Source of the DNA: a virus
Reading direction: 5' to 3' (one strand)
Virus record (IMG/VR): IMGVR_UViG_3300028197_000003
Location: 64,001-128,000 of that record
Length of the DNA stretch: 64,000 nucleotides
Of this stretch, positions 9,244 through 17,848 are shown piece after piece (position 1 is the first letter of the stretch; each line of letters begins with the position of its first letter). Position numbers and translations under genes: made by a program. The notes below the pieces were generated by a model. That model saw only the letters and a program-made list of their open reading frames with translations. It was not told where the DNA came from and did not search any database.

Positions 9244-9615
9244 ATGATCAAGCCTTTTCTCGCAGCCTCTGCTGCTCTGTTCGCTTCAGCCGGTGCAGTA
9301 TTTGCTGGACCCTATGTCAACGTAGAATCCAATGCCTCCTGGACGGGTGCGGATTACAATTCGGCCACCACAGATTTTCACGTGGGGTACGAAGGACTTC
9401 TGGGTGACTCTGCTTCATACTACGTTCAAGGCGGCGCTAGTGTAGTCTCCCCTGACGGCAGCGAAAGCGACACCGTTCCTTCTGGTAAGGCAGGCGTCAA
9501 TTTCGCTGCTACTGAAGCAGTAGGTGTCTATGGTGAAGTCTCCTTCTTGGGAAGTGGAGACAGTGCTATCGACCGTGGATACGGTGGTAAACTCGGAGTC
9601 AAGTACAATTTCTGA
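9244..9615 (+). CDS. Host-like small outer-membrane beta-barrel protein
   Basis: Signal peptide MIKPFLAASAALFASAGAVFA, alternating beta-strand pattern, C-terminal GVKYNF (terminal Phe). Confidence 0.75.
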   Translation: MIKPFLAASAALFASAGAVFAGPYVNVESNASWTGADYNSATTDFHVGYEGLLGDSASYYVQGGASVVSPDGSESDTVPSGKAGVNFAATEAVGVYGEVSFLGSGDSAIDRGYGGKLGVKYNF

Positions 9616-9645
9616 TCAGAAGTAAAGTACAACTTCTAATTTTAC

Positions 9646-9672
9646 AGGGGGGTCTTCGGACCCCCTTTTTTT
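9646..9672 (+). terminator. Rho-independent terminator
   Basis: AGGGGGGTC-ttcg-GACCCCC followed by a T run; C(UUCG)G loop. Confidence 0.9.
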
Positions 9673-9702
9673 CTAAATAGCCTCGAATATTATTAGTCTG
9701 GC

Positions 9703-10353
9703 ATGGTTATCCCTCAAACAGGGAGTCAACTATCAACCCAACAGGCACCTGAGAAGCGAAGTTCATCTTTGAAATGGTTTGCCTTAGGGCTTGGTGGATT
9801 ACTTGGCATTTCTCATCTCGCCATGATTGGTATGCTTGTAGGTAACAAGCAGATGGTTTACCCCAACCTCAATCTTCCCGTAAGCGACTATACTTCTTAT
9901 GAAGCGGAGGTAGGACCCCAAGGTTATCGGGTCAAGTACAACTCCAATGATCCAAAAACTCTCAGTAGAGTTCAGGAATTAGAACTGGATAAGTCTGCTG
10001 AACGACCTGGAGGTCTTTTTGGTGGTGGAAGTCCCCGAAGAAGTTCTGAGAAACGTACTCAGAAAAGTGTAGAAGAATATACAATGCAGGGTACTCTCAA
10101 CATGCAGAATGAGGGTGGTCTCCCAAAGATCATTGCAGCATCAGACCTGAACGTCGCGTGTATCGAGGCGGTCGGTGGTGGCAAGAGCCAAGGAAAACTC
10201 CTAGGTGCTAGTCTTGGTGCTGCGGCTGCTCCCGCTTTCATGGGGATTCCTATTGTTGGACCTCTTTTAGGTGGTATTGTTACTATGTTCTCCTCTGATA
10301 AAGCAGCCGAAATTGGTGGCAACATGGCAGAAAACTTCTCGGATGACTGCTAA
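9703..10353 (+). CDS. Membrane protein with N-terminal TM segment and C-terminal glycine zipper
   Basis: WFALGLGGLLGISHLAMIG; GASLGAAAAPAFMGIPIVGPLLGG; CTAAATA upstream. Confidence 0.75.
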   Translation: MVIPQTGSQLSTQQAPEKRSSSLKWFALGLGGLLGISHLAMIGMLVGNKQMVYPNLNLPVSDYTSYEAEVGPQGYRVKYNSNDPKTLSRVQELELDKSAERPGGLFGGGSPRRSSEKRTQKSVEEYTMQGTLNMQNEGGLPKIIAASDLNVACIEAVGGGKSQGKLLGASLGAAAAPAFMGIPIVGPLLGGIVTMFSSDKAAEIGGNMAENFSDDC

Positions 10354-11209
10354 TCTTCATATCAATGCAGGGGCAGCGTACTCAGGTACAAAACCCCTGT
10401 GTTATAGCATTGAAAAAACTGGGTATGCACCTATGGGGGAGGATCGGAAAACAGAACCGAACCTCCTTTATTATTTGTCCCTTCAAGAGTCAGAGGCACA
10501 GTGGTACTGGGAGTCTCAGCATAGTCATAGGACCCAATCCTACATCAAAAAGAATTACACACTCTCTGACTACATTGAGTATGTGAAGAATAGAAATGGG
10601 TTGTTGGATTTTTCTAATAGCAATCAAGCATTACCTGATTATTTCCTGAAAATTATTGCCCCAATACTTCAAAAAGAATTCAATGTTACTGTCACGCTAA
10701 TCTGGAGAGACCCTGTTAGGAGATCTTATTCTCAACTCTCAGACATCTATCAAAAGAAAACTGGCAAGAAACAAACTCCTCAGTGGAAAATTCACAAGAC
10801 ATCTAATCTCAAAAAAGATCTAGCGGAAAGGCGTAAGTGGAGAGAAATTTCTGATAAATTTCCTACTAGCATTTCTTTTTGGAAACACTGTGTCGAGAAT
10901 AGAGACTGGCATATCTGTGACTATGCAGAAATCTATAAACGCTGGCAGTGCTTTGACAATATTCAACACCTGATCATGGAAGACTTGTGGTCATGTGATT
11001 CTGAACTCCTTCTGTTGGAAGAACTTCTTGACCGCCCTGTCGGTGTTCTATATGATAATGCTTACTGTTCTGCTGGGATTGCTGAAGGTCATCAGCAAAC
11101 TGATATGGAAGTTTTGAGTGAAGAAGATATTGCCTGGGGTCAAGATCAAATGTCATGGGTATATAATAATTTCAAAGATAGTTTTGGTTATATACCTTCT
11201 TCGTGGTAG
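10343..11209 (+). CDS. Sulfotransferase-like (PAPS-binding fold) protein
   Basis: N-terminal NAGAAYSGT (5'-PSB-like loop) and IWRDPVRRSYSQ (3'-PB-like motif). Confidence 0.6.
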   Translation: MTANLHINAGAAYSGTKPLCYSIEKTGYAPMGEDRKTEPNLLYYLSLQESEAQWYWESQHSHRTQSYIKKNYTLSDYIEYVKNRNGLLDFSNSNQALPDYFLKIIAPILQKEFNVTVTLIWRDPVRRSYSQLSDIYQKKTGKKQTPQWKIHKTSNLKKDLAERRKWREISDKFPTSISFWKHCVENRDWHICDYAEIYKRWQCFDNIQHLIMEDLWSCDSELLLLEELLDRPVGVLYDNAYCSAGIAEGHQQTDMEVLSEEDIAWGQDQMSWVYNNFKDSFGYIPSSW

Positions 11210-11218
11210 TCTGTAATT

Positions 11219-11413
11219 ATGAAATTCCTAACGAATCCAGGTACGCTAACTTCCCTTCTAATGTTGGGAACGCTAGCACTGATAGGGGCACTGCATAACC
11301 ATGCCCACTTCACAATGGATAAGGATGCAGATGCTTATGTGAGGCAGTGGTGTAGAGCATCAGCAGAAAACAAAAAGACCTGCATCAGTTATGGCGGAAA
11401 CATGGACTATTGA
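11219..11413 (+). CDS. Small membrane-anchored hypothetical protein
   Basis: 64-aa ORF with an N-terminal hydrophobic helix. Confidence 0.65.
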   Translation: MKFLTNPGTLTSLLMLGTLALIGALHNHAHFTMDKDADAYVRQWCRASAENKKTCISYGGNMDY

Positions 11414-11438
11414 CAAAACTTTATCTTTACTATATACT
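11410..11438 (+). promoter_or_regulatory. Early sigma70-type promoter TTGACA-N17-TATACT
   Basis: Near-consensus -35 and -10 with 17-nt spacer upstream of hli. Confidence 0.85.
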
Positions 11439-11465
11439 ATGTGAAGAATCATTACGGAACGTATC

Positions 11466-11684
11466 ATGACTGTTACAACTGAGGATGGTGGACGTACAAA
11501 CATGTATGCCACAGAACCTAGGATGTATATTTCAGAGACTGACGCAGAGCGTTATGGTTCCGAGACATATGCAGAACGTGCCGAAAAACTAAATGGACGT
11601 ACTGCTATGGTTGGATTTGTTGCTGCTGTTGTCTCTTATGCTTTCAGTGGTAGCGTATTCTTTTTTGGTGCGTTCGGATTCTAA
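11466..11684 (+). CDS. hli: High-light-inducible protein
   Basis: AEKLNGRTAMVGF chlorophyll-binding motif (ExxNGRxAM). Confidence 0.92.
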   Translation: MTVTTEDGGRTNMYATEPRMYISETDAERYGSETYAERAEKLNGRTAMVGFVAAVVSYAFSGSVFFFGAFGF

Positions 11685-11908
11685 TGATTGAACTTCTCAC
11701 TTATTATGTGATTGGCGGTGCTCTTATTATTGGACCACCTGCAATCTTCCTGATCATTGCTATGATGGGAGCTATCCAAAATACGAAAGGTCGTATGGTT
11801 GGATACAAAGACCACAAAACTTACGGTGATAGTTCTATCTACGACCCATCACCAAAATTACCAGTAGATCAAACCAAATTTTACCTCACTTTAGGAGAAC
11901 ATTCGTGA
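11684..11908 (+). CDS. Small membrane protein
   Basis: 74-aa ORF with an N-terminal TM helix. Confidence 0.65.
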   Translation: MIELLTYYVIGGALIIGPPAIFLIIAMMGAIQNTKGRMVGYKDHKTYGDSSIYDPSPKLPVDQTKFYLTLGEHS

Positions 11909-12009
11909 AAGAAGCAGAACGTATCAACGGTTGGGCAGCAATGCTTGGTGTAATTGCAGCAATGGGTGCTTATGCATCTACAGGACAAATCATTCCAGGT
12001 ATTTGGTAA
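11905..12009 (+). CDS. hli: Second, minimal high-light-inducible protein (34 aa)
   Basis: Not in the ORF track; GTG start with AGGAGA SD; MKEAERINGWAAMLGVIAAMGAYASTGQIIPGIW*. Confidence 0.9.
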   Translation: MKEAERINGWAAMLGVIAAMGAYASTGQIIPGIW

Positions 12010-12077
12010 TGGCATTTATAGCAGTAGCACTACTGTTGCTAATTCCAATTGGTGCAGCAGTTAGGAAATCGTCATGA
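12009..12077 (+). CDS. 22-aa hydrophobic micropeptide
   Basis: MAFIAVALLLLIPIGAAVRKSS*; coupled on both sides (TAATG, ATGA). Confidence 0.5.
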   Translation: MAFIAVALLLLIPIGAAVRKSS

Positions 12078-12211
12078 GTATAGAATGGGCACAGACAGTT
12101 ATTTTTCTCGTGGCACCATTTTTCTTTATGTTACTGTTGATTGAAACTGAGGATGACGATGGTCCACCAGACGGTGGACTAATGACACCAGTATTTCAAG
12201 GGACTACTTGA
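12074..12211 (+). CDS. 45-aa membrane microprotein with acidic tail
   Basis: MSIEWAQTVIFLVAPFFFMLLLIETEDDDGPPDGGLMTPVFQGTT*. Confidence 0.7.
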   Translation: MSIEWAQTVIFLVAPFFFMLLLIETEDDDGPPDGGLMTPVFQGTT

Positions 12212-12226
12212 TTAGTCCCTTTTTTT
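12199..12226 (+). terminator. Rho-independent terminator
   Basis: AGGGACTA-cttgat-TAGTCCCT followed by a T run. Confidence 0.8.
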
Positions 12227-12236
12227 GTGCTATAGT
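12208..12236 (+). promoter_or_regulatory. sigma70-type promoter TTGATT-N17-TATAGT overlapping the terminator
   Basis: 17-nt spacer and a TG extension; sits upstream of gp45. Confidence 0.65.
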
Positions 12237-12255
12237 TTAGCCTGTAAACTTCATT

Positions 12256-12942
12256 ATGAAACTCCGAGATACTATGAGACTGTCAGAAAAGACACTAAAG
12301 ATTCTGCAGAACTTTACGACGATCAATCAGTCTCTCTTCTTCAAAGAAGGTAATAAACTGCGAACAATTTCTGTCATGAAGAACGTTCTGGCAGAAGCGG
12401 AGATCGAGGAGTACATTCCTCGCGACTTTGCAATCTACGACCTACCTCAGTTTTTGAATACACTGTCTCTGTACAGGTCTCCTGAGGTGGATGTTTCTAC
12501 CAACACATCTCATGCCATTATCAAGGATGGTAACAACCGGGCAAAATTCTTCTTCTCTGATCCTAGTGTGATCGTTGCTCCTCCTGAAAAGGAGATGCAA
12601 TTGCCAAGCGAAGATGTTTCTTTTGCACTGACTGAAGCCGACCTGATTCGGATTCTAAAGTCTTCTTCTATCATGCAACTTCCCGATATGTCGGTGGTTG
12701 GTGAAGATGGGAGCGTAAAACTTGTGGTATCTGATAGGAAAAACGATACATCTAACGAGTATTCAATCCAAGTTGGTCAGACCGATCGATCGTTCTCCTT
12801 CAATTTCAAGATTGAGAACATTCGTTTGATCCCTAAAGACTATCAAGTAATTATTTCTGCCAAGAATTTGGCAAAATTCTCCAATAAAGATTACAACCTC
12901 ACTTACTTTATTGCTCTTGAGCCGGACTCTTCCTGCGAATAA
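12256..12942 (+). CDS. gp45: Sliding clamp
   Basis: LQNFTTINQSL, FAIYDLPQFL, YFIALEPDS. Confidence 0.95.
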   Translation: MKLRDTMRLSEKTLKILQNFTTINQSLFFKEGNKLRTISVMKNVLAEAEIEEYIPRDFAIYDLPQFLNTLSLYRSPEVDVSTNTSHAIIKDGNNRAKFFFSDPSVIVAPPEKEMQLPSEDVSFALTEADLIRILKSSSIMQLPDMSVVGEDGSVKLVVSDRKNDTSNEYSIQVGQTDRSFSFNFKIENIRLIPKDYQVIISAKNLAKFSNKDYNLTYFIALEPDSSCE

Positions 12943-12944
12943 AC

Positions 12945-13208
12945 ATGGTTACTTCACATGGGCATTGGTTAGGTCAACTTTCTCTAGCGTTAGAGAAACT
13001 TGATTGGCCTAATGATGCAGAGATCTTAGTAGAAATTGGTGGCACTCAAGTAAGTGGCATTGAACAACCAGAAGGTTACAATGAGAAGTGGGCATCTCCA
13101 TTTGGTCATCGTAAGTACAACAAAGATGCCTTTATTGTTATCAAACAAAAAGAAACTGTAATTTCTAGTAAACCACCAGCACCGAAAGAACCTGATGAGT
13201 CAAAATGA
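12945..13208 (+). CDS. Hypothetical protein
   Basis: 87-aa ORF. Confidence 0.65.
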   Translation: MVTSHGHWLGQLSLALEKLDWPNDAEILVEIGGTQVSGIEQPEGYNEKWASPFGHRKYNKDAFIVIKQKETVISSKPPAPKEPDESK

Positions 13209-13353
13209 AAACTTCTTTTGTGAAGTTGATGACGATGGAATTTTGACTTTCCCTCAAGAACTCCTTGAGAAAACTGGTTGGAAGGAAGGAGACGTGTTAG
13301 AGTGGACTCCTAATGATGATGGGTCTTTTTCTTTGAGGAAACAGAATGAGTGA
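13195..13353 (+). CDS. AbrB/SpoVT-like small DNA-binding protein (52 aa)
   Basis: Not in the ORF track; VDDDGILTFPQELLEKTGWKEGDVLEW swapped-hairpin pattern. Confidence 0.7.
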   Translation: MSQNENFFCEVDDDGILTFPQELLEKTGWKEGDVLEWTPNDDGSFSLRKQNE

Positions 13354-14290
13354 TGAATTTCTTTGGGTCGAAAAGTATCGACCTAAAACAATTGATGAGT
13401 GCATTCTTCCCAAGTCGATAAAGACGACTTTTACGGAGTTTGTAAATAGCGGTGAGATTCCTAATCTATTGCTTTCTGGTCCACCTGGAATAGGTAAGAC
13501 GACAGTAGCAAAGGCATTATGTCTTGAACTTGGAGCTGACTGCTATGTCATCAACGGATCAGATGAAGGAAGATTCCTGGACACGGTTCGTAATAAAGCA
13601 AAGAATTTCGCTTCAACTGTTTCTCTTACGTCTGAATCTAAGCACAAGGTCATCATCATTGATGAGGCAGATAATACTACACATGATGTACAACTCCTCC
13701 TCCGAGCTAACATCGAGGCGTTTTACAACAACTGTAGGTTTATCTTCACGTGCAATTACAAGAACAAAATTATTGAACCTCTCCACAGCCGATGCGCGGT
13801 GGTCGATTTCGGAGTTACAGGGAAAGAAAAACAACTGATTGCTGCTGGTTTCTTCAAGCGGTTGACTCAGATTCTTCAGATGGAGGGTGTTGAGTATGAA
13901 CCAAAAGTTGCAGTAGAACTTATCAATAAACACTTTCCTGATTGGAGACGTGTATTGAATGAGTGTCAAAGATATGCAACTAGTGGTAGAATAGATACAG
14001 GAGTTCTAGCAGACTTTAGTAACGTACAGGTCAATGAATTAGTTTCTTATATTAGTAAGAAGCAGTACCCCAATGTGCGGAAGTGGATTGTTCAAAATTT
14101 AGATAATGATCCCAATACAATCCTTAGAAAATTGTATGACTCAATCTATGAGCATATGAAACCAAAGTCTATTCCTGAGGCGGTACTAATTATTGCAAAA
14201 TACCAGTACCAGTCTGCTTTTGCAGCAGATCAAGAGATCAATCTCTTAGCAGCAATGACAGAAATTATGGTCAACTGCGAATTCAAGTAA
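13346..14290 (+). CDS. gp44: Clamp loader large subunit
   Basis: WVEKYRP, GPPGIGKT, IIDEAD, LHSRC. Confidence 0.96.
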   Translation: MSDEFLWVEKYRPKTIDECILPKSIKTTFTEFVNSGEIPNLLLSGPPGIGKTTVAKALCLELGADCYVINGSDEGRFLDTVRNKAKNFASTVSLTSESKHKVIIIDEADNTTHDVQLLLRANIEAFYNNCRFIFTCNYKNKIIEPLHSRCAVVDFGVTGKEKQLIAAGFFKRLTQILQMEGVEYEPKVAVELINKHFPDWRRVLNECQRYATSGRIDTGVLADFSNVQVNELVSYISKKQYPNVRKWIVQNLDNDPNTILRKLYDSIYEHMKPKSIPEAVLIIAKYQYQSAFAADQEINLLAAMTEIMVNCEFK

Positions 14291-14303
14291 TCTAATCAGT
14301 TCA

Positions 14304-15200
14304 ATGAAGTGTCTTGTAACAGGCGGTGCTGGATTCATCGGATCCCATATCGTTTCACGTCTTCTTCGTGATAATCATGAAGTCGTAGTCATTGATAACG
14401 AATCAGCGGAAGCAAACGATGCTTTCAACTGGTACGAGAATGACGTAGAGAACCATATCGAAGACATTCGTGACATCGAAGCATGTCGCCATATCTTCAA
14501 GGGTGTTGAGGTTGTGTTCCATTTGGCAGCACACTCTCGAATCCAATTAGCAATGGAGAATCCTTTTGATTGTGTTACCACAAACGTGGTAGGAACCTGC
14601 AACATGCTTGAACTTGCACGAGAAGTAGGTGTGAGTAGGTTTATCAATTCTTCTACTTCTTCTTCGTATGGTTTGAATAATCAACCACCTTTGATTGAGT
14701 TCATGCCTTCTGATTGTTTGAATCATTATTCAGCAAGTAAGGTATCTGCAGAGAAGTTCTGTTATATGTACTATCGTTTGCATATGTTGCGGACAGTATC
14801 TCTCCGATACTTCAACGTTTACGGTCCTCGTCAACCTTTGAAGGGACCATATGCACCGGTCATTGGTCTGTTCCAAGAACAGAAACGTCGTGGTGAACCT
14901 ATGACCATCGTTGGTGATGGTGAGCAACGTCGTGACTTCACTCACGTCGATGATGTAGTCGAGGCAAACATTTGTGCCATGAATAATTTGATTTCTATTG
15001 AATCAATCAACATTGGTACAGGAACTAATTACTCTATGAATCAAGTTGCTGACATGATTGGCGGTGATAGAGTTTATATCCCAGCACGTAAAGGAGAATC
15101 TAGAGAAACTCTTGCGGATATCTCAAGAGCTAAATCTATGCTAGGATGGGAACCTAAGATTACATTAGAGGATCAACTTACAAATCATGATCAACTTTGA
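14304..15200 (+). CDS. NAD-dependent epimerase/dehydratase (extended SDR)
   Basis: TGGAGFIGS, HLAA, YSASK (YxxxK), RYFNVYGP. Confidence 0.92.
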   Translation: MKCLVTGGAGFIGSHIVSRLLRDNHEVVVIDNESAEANDAFNWYENDVENHIEDIRDIEACRHIFKGVEVVFHLAAHSRIQLAMENPFDCVTTNVVGTCNMLELAREVGVSRFINSSTSSSYGLNNQPPLIEFMPSDCLNHYSASKVSAEKFCYMYYRLHMLRTVSLRYFNVYGPRQPLKGPYAPVIGLFQEQKRRGEPMTIVGDGEQRRDFTHVDDVVEANICAMNNLISIESINIGTGTNYSMNQVADMIGGDRVYIPARKGESRETLADISRAKSMLGWEPKITLEDQLTNHDQL

Positions 15201-15705
15201 CAATATCAATCTTGAAGAATTTTTTGGTTGCGTTGACGCAACTAATACTCCTCAGATGAAGTCAAATACTTTCAAGACAATTCGTACATGGTTACAAGAA
15301 AATTCATTCGCTAAGTGGAGTAACGGACAAGTAGATTACGTTGGTGATTACATGGATGGTGTGGACTTCAAGTCTGCTGAACATAATTACGAGATGAAAG
15401 GAACTCTCGGTATGTTCAATAAGAATGGCAGCACCAAAAGTGTTGTGTTGAAAAACTTCCGAGGTGATGTCTCATTTGTAGATAAAACCTTTGACTACAT
15501 GCTTTTGGTGGACACTAGGAATATGTCTATCGCAGTCACTGATTGGGAAACTGTTGAGAAACGTACCTATTACACTCCATCTTCCCCTTGTGCCAAGTTC
15601 AAACTAGAACCGGGGGACTATACTATGCTGGCAGAGAACGTCACTCCTTCTACTAAAAACACTACAGCAGACGTTCTCCTCAATAACTTCCAAGACATTC
15701 TTTGA
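15187..15705 (+). CDS. Hypothetical protein, candidate PD-(D/E)xK nuclease
   Basis: QENSF helix...GVDF-x6-YEMK pattern; coupled to the methylase by an overlapping stop/start. Confidence 0.5.
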   Translation: MINFDNINLEEFFGCVDATNTPQMKSNTFKTIRTWLQENSFAKWSNGQVDYVGDYMDGVDFKSAEHNYEMKGTLGMFNKNGSTKSVVLKNFRGDVSFVDKTFDYMLLVDTRNMSIAVTDWETVEKRTYYTPSSPCAKFKLEPGDYTMLAENVTPSTKNTTADVLLNNFQDIL

Positions 15706-16526
15706 TGGCACTCGCCAAAACTCCTCTTCGTTATCCCGGTGGTAAATCCCGTGCAACTACACAGATCTACAATCATCTGCCTCGCCTGTCTGGTTATAGG
15801 GAGTATCGTGAATGTTTCTTGGGTGGAGGATCAATGGCGATCTTCATCACACAAAAATACCCTACCCTCCCCGTCGTCTGTAGTGACCTCTACGAACCCT
15901 TAGTCAACTTTTGGATCCATCTTCGCGACGACGGGGAAAAGATGGCAGAAGATCTTCTAAAACTAAAGCGACAGCACGACAATCATGAGTCTGCTCGTGA
16001 ACTATTCATCGAATCTAAGAGACTACTCAATGACGAATCCAATAATGACTCTTTACTGCGTGCTGTCAGTTTTTATATTATCAATAAGTGTTCTTTTTCT
16101 GGTCTCACCGAGTCGTCCTCCTTCAGCAAACAAGCAAGTGTCTCCAACTTCAGTGAACGGGGCATCATGCGACTGCCAACAACTTCCAAAATAATTCGTA
16201 ATTGGACTATCTTACATCAGTCTTACGAGAAGTTATTGGAAGGAGATGATGCTTTGGTATACCTTGACCCTCCCTATGACATCAAGGACAACTTGTATGG
16301 TAAGAAAGGTGGTATGCATAAAGGATTTGATCATGATAAGTTTGCTCGTGACTGCTGCTGGTCTAGCAACGATTGCATCATTAGTTACAACTCAGATCAA
16401 CTAGTCCAAGAACGATTTGAAAATTGGAAAGCAGCAGAGTTTGATCTTACATACACCATGAGATCAGTCGGTGAGTATATGAAGGATCAAACAAAAAGAA
16501 AAGAGTTGTTACTTATGAACTATTAG
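15702..16526 (+). CDS. dam: Dam-like N6-adenine DNA methyltransferase (D12 class)
   Basis: LRYPGGKSR, ECFLGGGS, YLDPPY. Confidence 0.9.
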   Translation: MMALAKTPLRYPGGKSRATTQIYNHLPRLSGYREYRECFLGGGSMAIFITQKYPTLPVVCSDLYEPLVNFWIHLRDDGEKMAEDLLKLKRQHDNHESARELFIESKRLLNDESNNDSLLRAVSFYIINKCSFSGLTESSSFSKQASVSNFSERGIMRLPTTSKIIRNWTILHQSYEKLLEGDDALVYLDPPYDIKDNLYGKKGGMHKGFDHDKFARDCCWSSNDCIISYNSDQLVQERFENWKAAEFDLTYTMRSVGEYMKDQTKRKELLLMNY

Positions 16527-16548
16527 GAAGGTACCTAGATAGTAATGC

Positions 16549-16860
16549 ATGACTGAACTTATGCTTTCTACAAAATATCGCCTGCGTCTTGAAGGTATCT
16601 GTAGAAAGATTGTACTTGGCGAAGAAGTTCCTTTAGATGACATGATCTGGGCAAACAAGATGTCCAAGGCAAACACCACTGCTAGAACGTGGTTGAATCG
16701 TGCAAGAAGAGAAGTAATGAATCCTGGTGATGGTCTTTACAATGATTTGAATTTGGGATCACCAGATCCATCTGATCACAAAACTGCATTTGGTGATGCT
16801 GATGATATAATGGAGTGGTTCCGCGAAGATCGTAGCGATGATTGGCGACAAAGAGACTAG
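16549..16860 (+). CDS. Conserved cyanophage hypothetical protein
   Basis: YRLRLEGIC...DMIWANK motif. Confidence 0.7.
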   Translation: MTELMLSTKYRLRLEGICRKIVLGEEVPLDDMIWANKMSKANTTARTWLNRARREVMNPGDGLYNDLNLGSPDPSDHKTAFGDADDIMEWFREDRSDDWRQRD

Positions 16861-17293
16861 TCTCCAAGCATGGTTCAAGAAACTTTCAAAACCTAGTGAG
16901 TTGTTTGGTGGAATGCCACCATGCCCTTTTGCCAAATCTGCCTTTCTAAAAAATAAGGTTGAGGTAATCGACTATGTAGACTTCCCGCAGATTGTGGGAT
17001 ACATGGCACAGGAATGGAATAAAGAGGTAGTTATATTTGTCATGCAGGATCAGAGTGCCGAGTGGGTAACAGATCTAGCAGAAAAATGCAATAGGGTTTA
17101 CCCCGAGTTTTTATTTTTAGAAGAGCATCCTGATCTTGTAGAGGAAGTTGGTGGTATGCTTTTGAACAGTGGACTTGTTCTCCTTCTAGTACAGAAAAGA
17201 AATGAGTTAGAGGAAGCTAGAGATGAATTGAAAAAGACCAATTATTATGATAAGTGGACAAATGAATTGAAGGAAAGAATTTTCAACCGATAG
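16838..17293 (+). CDS. Hypothetical protein (PCPFAK motif, possibly DUF1415-like)
   Basis: GGMPPCPFAKSA. Confidence 0.6.
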   Translation: MIGDKETSLQAWFKKLSKPSELFGGMPPCPFAKSAFLKNKVEVIDYVDFPQIVGYMAQEWNKEVVIFVMQDQSAEWVTDLAEKCNRVYPEFLFLEEHPDLVEEVGGMLLNSGLVLLLVQKRNELEEARDELKKTNYYDKWTNELKERIFNR

Positions 17294-17328
17294 ATACTGT
17301 GGTATACTGTTAGCATTCATTGTTTCTG

Positions 17329-17472
17329 ATGGAAAAACCTGCTGACTTGTGGCAAGATATGGCAACCCTCAATGCATTGTATGAGGAGTTATGCTGGGAT
17401 CCTGGAGTAGTTCTAGAATTTATTCCTGACTACGAGAACAACTGTATTATTATTCGCAAACAGAATGCCTGA
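17329..17472 (+). CDS. 47-aa hypothetical protein
   Basis: Hand-translated MEKPADLWQDMATLNALYEELCWDP...; TGGTATACT extended -10 at 17300-17308. Confidence 0.65.
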   Translation: MEKPADLWQDMATLNALYEELCWDPGVVLEFIPDYENNCIIIRKQNA

Positions 17473-17848
17473 ATTGAAGGATTGGTTGAAGTCAATCAAC
17501 GAGACTAAGACTAATCTTATTGATGAAGATCCACTCCTAGAGTCCAAGTATCTTCCCTATATTATCAATCGATGTTTGTCTGGGCATATTGACTCATTGA
17601 TGTTTGTCAATGAAATGAATATCAATCATTCTCTTGAGTATAAATTACAATACGATTTTTTACTAAATACTCTGAGATCTAAGAAGAGATTTTCTCCTTG
17701 GGTCAGAAAAGATGAGCTAGTGAATCTCCAGATTGTCAAAAAATACTATGGGTATTCTGACGATAAGGCAAAGCAAGTGCTTCCTCTTTTATCTAACGAA
17801 CAGTTAGACATTATTCGACAAAAACTTGAGACCGGAGGGTTGCAATGA
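17465..17848 (+). CDS. gp62: Clamp loader small subunit
   Basis: LKDWLKSIN, Y.PYIINRCLS, KKRFSPW, VKKYYGYS. Confidence 0.93.
   Translation: MPELKDWLKSINETKTNLIDEDPLLESKYLPYIINRCLSGHIDSLMFVNEMNINHSLEYKLQYDFLLNTLRSKKRFSPWVRKDELVNLQIVKKYYGYSDDKAKQVLPLLSNEQLDIIRQKLETGGLQ

Noticed and set aside
14291-14303. wcaG or manA RNA motifs upstream of the sugar genes
   Set aside because: Only 13 nt lie upstream of the epimerase and the cupin gene overlaps its neighbour, leaving no room for such motifs.
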